Below are positions 25,586 to 34,596 of a stretch of 54,741 nucleotides of DNA, piece by piece (within the stretch, counting starts at the first letter, position 1; each line of letters opens with the position of its first letter). Source of the stretch: a virus (lineage: Duplodnaviria > Caudoviricetes); IMG/VR virus record IMGVR_UViG_3300022200_000058, positions 1 to 54,741 of that record, one strand, 5' to 3'. The translations under genes were made by a program, and so were the position numbers. A model generated the notes under the pieces. That model ran no database searches and was not told where the DNA came from. It saw nothing but the letters and a program-made list of their open reading frames with translations.

Positions 25586-26131
25586 ATGCCGATGATACCA
25601 GGTTTGGGGAAAAATATTAGAGGAGGTATTGGAAAGGTTGCTACTTATGTTGGTGAAGCATTAGGTGGTAGCCTTGACTCAAACATGGCCCGAGTTGCGT
25701 CTAAGGCAGAAACCCAAGCTGGTAGAAAATATCTATCTCGTTTAGACAGGGCTGGCCGAAGAAGTAAAACCATACAAAGAGGCATGAATGATCCAATACC
25801 TAAAAGTGAAATTGTAAGAATTCAAAAAGAGGCAAGAAGAAGCCTCGTAAGAAGATCTAGGGCTGGGGAAAACGTTGGTAGAGTTGGGACTCCTTCAAGA
25901 AAGCCCGCATTACTTGAAGAACAGGGTGGCAGGGCTTTGATTTACCAAAGCCAAAGGACTCAAGCTAGAACAATGAAGTTAAACAGAGGTGTGACACGTG
26001 GAAGCCTTGGCTTAGCTGCAGGTATGGCAATGTCTGGTAAGGGACCCAATGAGAGTAGAACAAGTTACAGAGGGCCAGGAGCTACACCAGGTTTAAGGAA
26101 ACCTATGGGCACTGGTAGGTACGCTGGATGA
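25586..26131 (+). CDS. Basic Gly/Arg-rich protein (possible internal virion protein)
   Basis: Composition and position. Confidence 0.7.
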   Translation: MPMIPGLGKNIRGGIGKVATYVGEALGGSLDSNMARVASKAETQAGRKYLSRLDRAGRRSKTIQRGMNDPIPKSEIVRIQKEARRSLVRRSRAGENVGRVGTPSRKPALLEEQGGRALIYQSQRTQARTMKLNRGVTRGSLGLAAGMAMSGKGPNESRTSYRGPGATPGLRKPMGTGRYAG

Positions 26132-26153
26132 TACATGTGAAAGGTTTTATGTT

Positions 26154-26573
26154 ATGGATGATTGGAAAAAATTTACAGATTCAAATGGGAATTTTCAGTT
26201 AGCAAATTATATATATAAAAATTTAAATGATCTAATGAAACATTCATTGGATATGGGTACGCTGCTTTCAACTGATCAGCATAAGCTCAGGGCATACAAA
26301 GAGCAAACTAAAAAGCTTTTCAAATCCAGATGGTACGAAATTGCTCAATGTTTAGAAGCATTTGATATAGTTGAAAGATGTGATTGTCAACAGTCAAATG
26401 TTGATACATACTGTGAGATCTGTAAAGGATCCAGGTACAAGCTTTCTTCATATTTAACTTCAGATGAGGTTAGAGAAGTCGGTGTTTTCACTAACGCAGC
26501 ACAGAACGCTGAGATTGCACAAAAGCTAGAAAAAGGCTTAATGAAAGTTCTTAATGAATTGTCCGAGATGTGA
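26154..26573 (+). CDS. Hypothetical protein with CxC/CxxC motif
   Basis: CDC...CEICKGS. Confidence 0.8.
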   Translation: MDDWKKFTDSNGNFQLANYIYKNLNDLMKHSLDMGTLLSTDQHKLRAYKEQTKKLFKSRWYEIAQCLEAFDIVERCDCQQSNVDTYCEICKGSRYKLSSYLTSDEVREVGVFTNAAQNAEIAQKLEKGLMKVLNELSEM

Positions 26574-26721
26574 CTGTAAAGTTGAAGTAGTTAGTGAATA
26601 CTACGACTTTAACAACTCGTGTCTATTAAGAGATTCTTTATGCACAAACTGTAAATCAGTTGAAATAACAAAGTTTTACTCAGATGGCAATTATAGCACT
26701 GAATGGATAAGTTTAGAATGA
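26554..26721 (+). CDS. 55-aa Zn-ribbon protein
   Basis: Manual ORF MNCPRC...CTNC...WISLE; ATGA coupling with the next gene at 26718. Confidence 0.7.
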   Translation: MNCPRCDCKVEVVSEYYDFNNSCLLRDSLCTNCKSVEITKFYSDGNYSTEWISLE

Positions 26722-27434
26722 GTGATTTAGAAAAAGTAGATAAAAACGATTTTTTGAAACAATTTGAATCTTTACGACCTGATTTGTTTTTTCCAGAAAC
26801 ATGGAGCAAAGAGGATAAAGAGAAAGCTTCAGAATTGGTTAGGCCTCAAAGAACTAAGACTTCAATGTTTTCGTCTATCCCAATGAACTGCGAAGGGTCA
26901 AAATGCACTTTTGCCTCAACATGCCCCTTGTTAAAGGAGAATTTGGCTCCCGTAAATAACCCTTGTCCTATAGAAATGTCTATTGTGGCCGAGTTTACTG
27001 CAGAATATATGGATGAGCTTGACGTTCAACCTGATAACCTTGTTGAAGTTTCTATGATTCGAGATTTAGTCGATCAAGAAGTTCAGTATATTAGGAAAAC
27101 TAAGCTTCTAGCAAAAGAAGACTTTATACAAGAAAATGTTATAGGTGTAGATCAAGACGGTCAGCCAATAATGAAAAAAGAACTTCACCTCGCTGTAGAT
27201 CTAGAAGACAAACTACATAAAAGAAGAAAAGATTTAAGAAATCAACTTCTTGCAACAAGAGAAGCAAAAGCTAAGGTCGGGCAGGCTCAAATCGATAGTG
27301 CTCAGGCTATATCTGATATTATATACAAAGTTAAAGAGATAGAACTGCAAAAAGAAAAGCTGTTAAAACAAAAGCTGGGAATCTACGATGTAGATGAATA
27401 TATAGAGGTGCAACAACTGCCTGAGGGGGAGTAA
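26718..27434 (+). CDS. Hypothetical protein, possible terminase small subunit
   Basis: Cys cluster (C..C...CP...CPIE) followed by helical region ending LLATREAK; lies upstream of the terminase region. Function is inference. Confidence 0.45.
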   Translation: MSDLEKVDKNDFLKQFESLRPDLFFPETWSKEDKEKASELVRPQRTKTSMFSSIPMNCEGSKCTFASTCPLLKENLAPVNNPCPIEMSIVAEFTAEYMDELDVQPDNLVEVSMIRDLVDQEVQYIRKTKLLAKEDFIQENVIGVDQDGQPIMKKELHLAVDLEDKLHKRRKDLRNQLLATREAKAKVGQAQIDSAQAISDIIYKVKEIELQKEKLLKQKLGIYDVDEYIEVQQLPEGE

Positions 27435-30400
27435 ATGGCTTTTAATGGTAGAAAAAGTATATCAGAACTAAGAAGTGATTTAGCTGGAGTATTGGGCAGA
27501 GCTGGTGAGTTAATAACTCCAAGAGGAGTGTCACAAACTGAAGAGTACGCTGCAGAAGCGGCGGAAAAACTTACTAGAATCAGGAAGCTTACAAAAGGCG
27601 CAAAAATATCTTCTGGTACAACCGGTAATTATACTGATTCAGCTTTTCAATTTGGCAGTAAGGCTTCAAGAGTTAGTGGTCCTATAGATAAGAATGTTTT
27701 AGAGCATGTTTACGGTAGTGTTGATGAGGCTTTTGAACTGCTGCAAAGATTTGAAGACGACTATTTTGCAGCTATAGATGAGGTTAATAAGGCTGGAGGA
27801 GGCATAAATCGAAGGCTGATTAAAGCTAGGGGAGTTATCGACTTAAATGTACTTCCAAAACAAAAAGCTGATCAGCTAATGAATCAGTTTATGACAAATG
27901 TTATTAAAATGAAAACTTCTGCTGGTGCAGGAGTTGGGCCAACTTTAACTTCAGTCGCTGGCTTACCGGGAATGCAGGTGCCTTCTGCAAGTGATTATAC
28001 AGCTTCGCTATTTAGATATGTTGTAGATCAAAATGGTGGAGCATCTGGCCCTAGAGCCTATCACCCTATGCAGATACTGTTGAATACACTCAATTTTAGT
28101 TATAAGCAAGGTAAAGCTCCAAATGAATCTTTGACTGTATCTAAAACTCTTCCAAGTGTTGCAAGCATAAGATCTGTGATGCACGATATTGGAGATGGAT
28201 TTAAAGGGGCAGTCAATCCTCCTTCTGATGTGGTTAAAAGTTTAGTTTTTGACGTAGAGACTACAGGTGTTACAAAGGGTTCTACTGTTAGGTCTTTGAG
28301 TTTAGCTGAAAGAGTCGTTAATCCGGATGGAACAGTAACCATGAATACTATTATGAATTTTAGTTTTGACTCACCACAATTAAGGGCATTGAGAGAGGTT
28401 GGCGTATCTCCTACTGGTAGAAGCTTGGTTCAAAGTCTGGCCGATAAAGAGGGAACTGAACTTATAGATGTGGGCAGGCGTGGTGAAAATGTCGTAAGTA
28501 GATTAACTGACGTAATAGAGATGATGACTGATTCTCAATATAGAAATATTGTAGCTCATAACTCACAGTTCGATATAGACATGCTTCTTAAAACTATTAG
28601 TCAACAGGAAGCATTTAATATGGATGAAAGGGCGATGCGAGCAGTCGACGCCCTGTATGAAAGAATTGACAATGATCCTACTTTTGTTAGGGATACCTTA
28701 CATAAGTCTAGAATATATCAATTAGATCAAGCTAATAAGATATTAGATAATCTTCTTAGAGACCCAAATGTATCAATGGATGATTTAAATAAAGCCTATG
28801 TTAATGCCATTTTTGCTGAAGAACAACTTCCATTAATAGGTAGAAAAAATGTTGGATATTCTTCGGTAACAAATATAGCTTTAAATACAAATCTGTTTGA
28901 GCTAATGGAGCAAGACCCGTCCGCTGCAAAAGTATTTGATACTATTTCTAGAGGTTCTCACATAGCGGAAACAGATGATTTATTGCAGGGGTATATGGAA
29001 CGTTATATGGATGAGGGCAAACTTTCTACGTGGGCGTTGACTCAACAGCAGGGTAATACTCAAGTTGTTAAAACTGCTACTGGTGATTTCTTAAGGAACA
29101 TTGTAGCTAGATCTACTGCTGTTACTCCCACTACTGACGTTGATGAAGTATCTAATTTGTCGCAATTCTTGACAACAAGAATTCTTTCTGGATCTCAAGA
29201 AGAATCAATTAGGTCTTTACAAGGGACACAGATTAGAATAATCGGCAGTGATGCTCAAGTGCAACAAAGTTTATCTGAATTAGGATTATCTACTGATTTA
29301 GGTAGAGGAGTTTTATCTGTTGGGCCAGATGGTAAAATAAGATTTTCAGCTGAAGCTGGAGAATTGGGGGATGATTTAAGGAGGGCAACTGCAGGTGATC
29401 TAGATCAACAAAAAGCTTTGGGATTCATTAGAAGAACCATACAAAACGCAAGGGCTGGTACGGGGCCAGCTATTACAGCTACAACAGCTAGTGGTCAGGT
29501 GTTATCAGATAATCTTGCAAGACAATCAATTGTTAGTCTCGGAGTCACAGTTTCTCGAAATCAAGCGATTGATGACATGGGTATTGCAGCTAGAGTTCCA
29601 GGGTTAGCAGGTGCTCCAGCAATTTTAGGATTTGACAGAAAAACACAAGAATCTTTAGATATACTTGAAACAGGTTTAACGGCAGTATATAGAAATCTGG
29701 GAACAAAAGCTAACCTAACTTCGGCAGTTCAACCTCGTGCAGCTGGTGTTGAGCCACCACCAATTTTGGCTGGTGGTATGGCTCAATATGGGCCAAAACA
29801 GATAGCAGATCTAGCTGAGTCACTTAGAGCCATAGGAGATCCTTTTTACTTTGTGGATCCAAGGAGCAGATTTACAAGCACGTATCTATCGTCTATTACG
29901 GCTAATGCGGCAGCTAATGCTACTTCTGGAGTTAATGTATCTGGATTAACAGCAGCACAAAGACTTTTGAGTCCAATGGGCAAAAAGCTTGGTACTACAC
30001 AGGGCTTAGGGCTTGTTTATTCACAATCAGTAAGTGACGATTATTTAAGGATATTTGATTTATCGCCAGATTCAAAACCTGTTCCTATAATGTCAAATGA
30101 GTTCTTTAACTTAATGGCTGAAAGATCAAGCGCCGACTTTAAAGGTGTACCAATTGACAGGAAAATAAGTTTAGTTGAAAATTATCAAGGAAAAATAGTT
30201 AACTTAAAAACTATGTTTGGTCAAACTGATGGTGGTTTAACTAAAGACCATGGTAGAGCCCTTGCAGAGCAAATAGTTGAAACTTTTAGTAGTGAAGATT
30301 CTTTAAGAAAAACAGCTATGGAGATGGGTTTTTCTGCTAGGGATATAGATCTTGCTTTTAGAGATTCGTTTGATGAAGGTTCTTCAGGGGCACTTAAATC

Positions 30401-31169
30401 TATGTATAAAAACTTTTTAAATATGCAAGAAACAATGAAATCTAGAAACCTTAATAAGGAACAAATGACAGCTCAGCTGGCAGAGCTTATAAATGAAAAG
30501 GGAGTTGTTACAGAGAGATTAGCTGGTGATGTTTATGATGAAGTGGTTCAGTTGGCAGAAAATCTTTCTGTTCAGTACCAAAATGATGTTGAAATGCCTA
30601 TGTTGAGAAAAGTTTTTGACGCACCTGAAGGTTCAGCCAGTATAGTCTATGATCCTGAAGTTATAGATAAAATGGGCCGAAGAGCTGATTTTGAACGAGC
30701 TACAAAGGAAGCGGAGCAAGCCTATGGCGAGATATCTGAAAGATTAGATGAAAATCGCAAAACTGCAATGAGAGGTAGATTGTTAGACGACATTTCAAGA
30801 GAAGCCGGATATACAAGAAGAGCTGTTTTAGCTGACTCTTACAGAAGGGGAAGGACCGCTGTAAGAGAATTTACATCAAAAGTACCTGGTGGACCTAAAA
30901 CATTAGCAGCAGCAGCTGGTGCAGCGGTATTGGGTATTATGTCATATCGTAAATCTGAACAGAATGAACTGTATAACCAGACTGTAGAAAAACAACCATA
31001 TGAACCTACTAATTATGTAAGGGCAGAAAACGAATCACTAGGTTACCTGTCTCCGGCAAATTCTTCAAGAAGAGATCCACTTTTAACAGCTGGTGTTGTT
31101 GGAAATTTGGATAGAAATAAAATCAATCATACTAGGATGGGAAATGGTAAGTATGATCATTTATTCTGA
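27435..31169 (+). CDS. Large protein with DEDDh 3'-5' exonuclease domain (possible virion protein)
   Basis: VFDVETTG, VAHNSQFD, VRDTL, SHIAETD; 1244 aa. Confidence 0.75.
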   Translation: MAFNGRKSISELRSDLAGVLGRAGELITPRGVSQTEEYAAEAAEKLTRIRKLTKGAKISSGTTGNYTDSAFQFGSKASRVSGPIDKNVLEHVYGSVDEAFELLQRFEDDYFAAIDEVNKAGGGINRRLIKARGVIDLNVLPKQKADQLMNQFMTNVIKMKTSAGAGVGPTLTSVAGLPGMQVPSASDYTASLFRYVVDQNGGASGPRAYHPMQILLNTLNFSYKQGKAPNESLTVSKTLPSVASIRSVMHDIGDGFKGAVNPPSDVVKSLVFDVETTGVTKGSTVRSLSLAERVVNPDGTVTMNTIMNFSFDSPQLRALREVGVSPTGRSLVQSLADKEGTELIDVGRRGENVVSRLTDVIEMMTDSQYRNIVAHNSQFDIDMLLKTISQQEAFNMDERAMRAVDALYERIDNDPTFVRDTLHKSRIYQLDQANKILDNLLRDPNVSMDDLNKAYVNAIFAEEQLPLIGRKNVGYSSVTNIALNTNLFELMEQDPSAAKVFDTISRGSHIAETDDLLQGYMERYMDEGKLSTWALTQQQGNTQVVKTATGDFLRNIVARSTAVTPTTDVDEVSNLSQFLTTRILSGSQEESIRSLQGTQIRIIGSDAQVQQSLSELGLSTDLGRGVLSVGPDGKIRFSAEAGELGDDLRRATAGDLDQQKALGFIRRTIQNARAGTGPAITATTASGQVLSDNLARQSIVSLGVTVSRNQAIDDMGIAARVPGLAGAPAILGFDRKTQESLDILETGLTAVYRNLGTKANLTSAVQPRAAGVEPPPILAGGMAQYGPKQIADLAESLRAIGDPFYFVDPRSRFTSTYLSSITANAAANATSGVNVSGLTAAQRLLSPMGKKLGTTQGLGLVYSQSVSDDYLRIFDLSPDSKPVPIMSNEFFNLMAERSSADFKGVPIDRKISLVENYQGKIVNLKTMFGQTDGGLTKDHGRALAEQIVETFSSEDSLRKTAMEMGFSARDIDLAFRDSFDEGSSGALKSMYKNFLNMQETMKSRNLNKEQMTAQLAELINEKGVVTERLAGDVYDEVVQLAENLSVQYQNDVEMPMLRKVFDAPEGSASIVYDPEVIDKMGRRADFERATKEAEQAYGEISERLDENRKTAMRGRLLDDISREAGYTRRAVLADSYRRGRTAVREFTSKVPGGPKTLAAAAGAAVLGIMSYRKSEQNELYNQTVEKQPYEPTNYVRAENESLGYLSPANSSRRDPLLTAGVVGNLDRNKINHTRMGNGKYDHLF

Positions 31170-32247
31170 TTCAAAACTTCAATCTAGCAAGTCATATGGT
31201 TCTTTATTTGCTGGAGTGGGTGGTTTTGATCTTGGTTTTGAAACCGCTGGTTTTGATTGCATGTGGCAAGTTGAGTGGGACAAGAATTGTCAACAAGTAT
31301 TAGAGTTTCATTGGCCTAGTGTCCCAAAGTTTGGTGATATTCGGGATGTTTCTGGTTATGACTTGGATCCTGTTGATGTGATTTCATATGGGTTTCCTTG
31401 TCAAGATTTAAGCATTGCTGGTAAGCAGGCTGGATTGGATGGTAACAGGTCTGGTCTATTTTTTGAAGCTATTCGCATTATTAAGGAGATGAGAGATGCA
31501 ACAGATGGAAAATTCCCAAAAGCAGTTATCGCAGAAAATGTCACAGGACTACTTACCGCCGACAGAGGCACTGCAATGGGGCGATGCCTTGACGCGTTGG
31601 CCGAAGCAGGGGCGTTGGTCAGTGAGTGGTGCGTGTTGGACGCACAATGGTTCGGAGTTCCCCAGAGAAGAAGGCGCGTGTTCCTTGCCTCTATCTTTGA
31701 TACTTCAGTCGCCGGAAGATGTGCCGACGAAATATTCCCTGTCGCCAAAAGCGGCAGCAGGAATCCTCAGGAGGTCAAGCAGGAGGGGGAGAGCGTTGCC
31801 GCCCTTACTACAAACGGCGTTGGAACATGTGGCGCAGACGATAACCAAACAGGGCAACTGATCCCGGTCGGGTTTACGCAAAGCGGTTTTGCTTACGACC
31901 CAGTACCAACACTCAGATCCGGCGGCGACGGAGGCATCCCATCCTCGCGAGGCGAACACATTATCGCATTCTCACACACACAAGGACTTGACCCACAACC
32001 CTCACAACACCACTTCCCAACACTCCGCAGCGGAGGCGGAGGACAAGCCGTCGCACAACCAAACCTCGCTGTCCGACGCCTGACTCCCCTCGAATGCGAA
32101 CGACTAATGGGGTGGCCTGATGATCATACTTTAAACCGTGCAGATGGTAAAACCACTTCTGATTCTCAACGTTTTAAGATGTGTGGTAATGGTGTCGTAG
32201 CTCCTGTTGCTGAATGGGTAGCTAAGCAGATTATGGTGCTGTTGTGA
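31153..32247 (+). CDS. DNA (cytosine-5)-methyltransferase
   Basis: Motifs I FAGVGG, IV FPCQ, VI ENV, VIII QRRRRVF, RRLTPLECERLMG, X GNGV. Confidence 0.95.
   Translation: MIIYSDSKLQSSKSYGSLFAGVGGFDLGFETAGFDCMWQVEWDKNCQQVLEFHWPSVPKFGDIRDVSGYDLDPVDVISYGFPCQDLSIAGKQAGLDGNRSGLFFEAIRIIKEMRDATDGKFPKAVIAENVTGLLTADRGTAMGRCLDALAEAGALVSEWCVLDAQWFGVPQRRRRVFLASIFDTSVAGRCADEIFPVAKSGSRNPQEVKQEGESVAALTTNGVGTCGADDNQTGQLIPVGFTQSGFAYDPVPTLRSGGDGGIPSSRGEHIIAFSHTQGLDPQPSQHHFPTLRSGGGGQAVAQPNLAVRRLTPLECERLMGWPDDHTLNRADGKTTSDSQRFKMCGNGVVAPVAEWVAKQIMVLL
31496..31861 (+). CDS. Nested alternative-frame ORF inside the methyltransferase (possible second subunit)
   Basis: AAGGAG 7 nt upstream of ATG; protein-like KYSLSPKAAAGILRR..RGRALP. 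Confidence 0.55.
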   Translation: MQQMENSQKQLSQKMSQDYLPPTEALQWGDALTRWPKQGRWSVSGACWTHNGSEFPREEGACSLPLSLILQSPEDVPTKYSLSPKAAAGILRRSSRRGRALPPLLQTALEHVAQTITKQGN

Positions 32248-32315
32248 TACGTTTTGCGCATTTGTATTACTACAATAGATTATAATATGATCATTTATTT
32301 TAGGAGTAAGTAGTT

Positions 32316-32921
32316 ATGGCATCAGCAATTTTAGGTAAAGTTGGAAGATCTGTATCTTCTGTTGGCGGATCGCCAAAAGGTCTTGCAGCAGTAGGTGCCC
32401 TGGCTTTTATGGGTGGTATGGCTAATGAGATAGGCCCTGCAGCAAGAGACGCAGCCTTTGAAACTACACTTGGTACCGCCGATGCTGATAGGTATTTTAC
32501 TGGTAGAAAGTTTAGTGCAAGATTTTTAGCAGGTAGTTTTATGGGTGGGCCAGTTGGGTCTATGATGCAGTCAACTGCACCAGCAGACTTGATGGCGACT
32601 GGTGCAGGAATGCCTCAGAATCCTGTCGGATCTACCGTAAACATAGGTGGACTTGGAGCTCTTGGCGGAGCTGCTCTGGGAGTTAAGAAGGGTGGTAGTA
32701 CTAGGTCTAAGGTTTTAGGTGGGATAGCAGGCGGTGTAGCTGGTGCGATTACAGGTGGTACAGTAGGTGGTGCAATTCCCTACGTTGCAGCTGGTACTTA
32801 TGTCAGATCTAATAGAGAGTTTTTCTCTCAATCCCCCTATGGAAGAAGTACTGCAAACAATGATTTATCTGCAGTTGGAGACATAGTTTTAGGTATGCAT
32901 AATTCTAGAAGGGGTTACTGA
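32316..32921 (+). CDS. Gly/Ala-rich putative virion protein
   Basis: Glycine-zipper-like helices; RBS AGGAG; TTACTA upstream. Confidence 0.75.
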   Translation: MASAILGKVGRSVSSVGGSPKGLAAVGALAFMGGMANEIGPAARDAAFETTLGTADADRYFTGRKFSARFLAGSFMGGPVGSMMQSTAPADLMATGAGMPQNPVGSTVNIGGLGALGGAALGVKKGGSTRSKVLGGIAGGVAGAITGGTVGGAIPYVAAGTYVRSNREFFSQSPYGRSTANNDLSAVGDIVLGMHNSRRGY

Positions 32922-34594
32922 TGCCGCCAGGAATGGGGTATAATCCAATAGATCCAATGGCAGCTGCTCAAGCTCCTCTTTCTTCTAGAATGATGGAGCA
33001 TATACCTGGTATTACAGCAAGCGTTCTATTTGCTACCGGTAGAGGTTCAAGAACCATTATGGCCGGTGGCGGATTTATGGACTTTGAGAATGCTACCGAC
33101 GCAAGGATGGCTAAGCATAGACTAGTTACTGATCAAGGTCTTTCTCAAAGAAAAGCTAGTCAATTTGTGGGTGGTAAAGAAAGAGGGGCACGTCTACTAA
33201 GGCGACCAGGTGGTCAGCCACAAGCTATGAACTTTATGTACAGCTCTCGTGTAAATCACGCCACCATGAGACCTAGAGCGCTGAGAAGATATCACTCCTT
33301 AAGTGTATTTTCTAACGCCAATATGACAGGAGCATATACACCTTTCCAGGCAAGCCTTGGAGCAACCCGTCTTCCTGTTGTTGGATCTAGGGTAACTAGT
33401 GCCCTGAGTAAGTTTACTGGATTGGATGATCTTGCAGCAGCAGATTTAGGTCCAGGTACTCTTTCTTTCTTAGGTGCCTCCAGAAGAATGGACCGCCTTG
33501 AGGCAAGGGCTGCAAGAGGTGGTCCAGTTTCTGCAAGAATGCAAAAAAGACTCCAGGCTGCTGATAGGTCGATTGAAGCTTTAATGGGAATGAATAATGC
33601 TGATGGGCTAGCTCTTAGGGCAACTGGAAGGTATAACCCCGGTAGTTCTATAACCGTTAGAGAAGCTTTTGCTGACAGGTTAAATACGAAGAATGGTAGA
33701 ACTTACATAAAAGGTGGTCGAATTGAATACTTTGATGAAAGTGGGAGAGCAGTTTGGACTAAGGGTAACAGAGTACCAGCAGCTGCTTTAGATAGGCCAA
33801 TAGCTAGATCACCAGTTGGAACTACAACTATTTTAGGTCCAGATGGTAAACCAAGACAGATAGGTTCTAATAAGTTTATGTCCCTAAATGCTGTTAGTGT
33901 GGGCGATGAAATAATGGACCCATCTTTATACAGATCGGCCATGAGCAGTGCTGTTGGGGTTGAAGGTGCTACTGGAATTAAAGTAGGCGTTAGAGGCGAC
34001 CTTCTTGTCTCGGCTCTTCCTGGTAGGGGAACTCAGTATATAGGTGGTTACGCACGCGCTGCATTAGGGTTTGGTGACGACGTTATTTCTGAGCAGGGTA
34101 TACGAGGAGTCGAAAAAGCTAGAGCTACAATGCAACAGGCATTAGATGATTTAGGTATAAAAGCAAATGCAGATGATGTATTGAGATCTAGAATGGCTGG
34201 TGGTCAAGGAATTAGGCAGGCATTAGGTGGTGGCAGAACCGGTGCAGAAAGAATGGGGCAGCTGTTGAGGACGCCCGGTGCAAGAGGGGTTTTGGCAACA
34301 AGAGGGGCCTATATGGCAGTCCCAGGATTGCAGGCTCTTGGTACAGCATCATTGTTATATGACTTAGGCAAAATGGCTGGTGAAGTTGTTGTAAGCGGAA
34401 TCAATTTGGCAAAAGATGCGTACAAGTCTGTTCAAGGAACGATAAATAAGCCCGCTTTTGGGATGGGCTATCAGGATACCGAAGCCGCAGCAACTTCTAG
34501 GGCTAGAGGGGTGATGGCAATACAGAACTCTAGATTAAATGCTAGGAGTGTGCTAGGATCTGAGGCAGGAATGATGGCAGCACATTTTGGATAA
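32921..34594 (+). CDS. Gly/Ala/Arg-rich putative virion protein
   Basis: 557-aa ORF directly before the terminase. Confidence 0.75.
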   Translation: MPPGMGYNPIDPMAAAQAPLSSRMMEHIPGITASVLFATGRGSRTIMAGGGFMDFENATDARMAKHRLVTDQGLSQRKASQFVGGKERGARLLRRPGGQPQAMNFMYSSRVNHATMRPRALRRYHSLSVFSNANMTGAYTPFQASLGATRLPVVGSRVTSALSKFTGLDDLAAADLGPGTLSFLGASRRMDRLEARAARGGPVSARMQKRLQAADRSIEALMGMNNADGLALRATGRYNPGSSITVREAFADRLNTKNGRTYIKGGRIEYFDESGRAVWTKGNRVPAAALDRPIARSPVGTTTILGPDGKPRQIGSNKFMSLNAVSVGDEIMDPSLYRSAMSSAVGVEGATGIKVGVRGDLLVSALPGRGTQYIGGYARAALGFGDDVISEQGIRGVEKARATMQQALDDLGIKANADDVLRSRMAGGQGIRQALGGGRTGAERMGQLLRTPGARGVLATRGAYMAVPGLQALGTASLLYDLGKMAGEVVVSGINLAKDAYKSVQGTINKPAFGMGYQDTEAAATSRARGVMAIQNSRLNARSVLGSEAGMMAAHFG

Positions 34595-34596
34595 TT

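Noticed and set aside
27435-31169. Tape measure protein or DNA polymerase
   Set aside because: No regular tape-measure repeats or polymerase motifs seen; only the DEDD exonuclease motifs are supported
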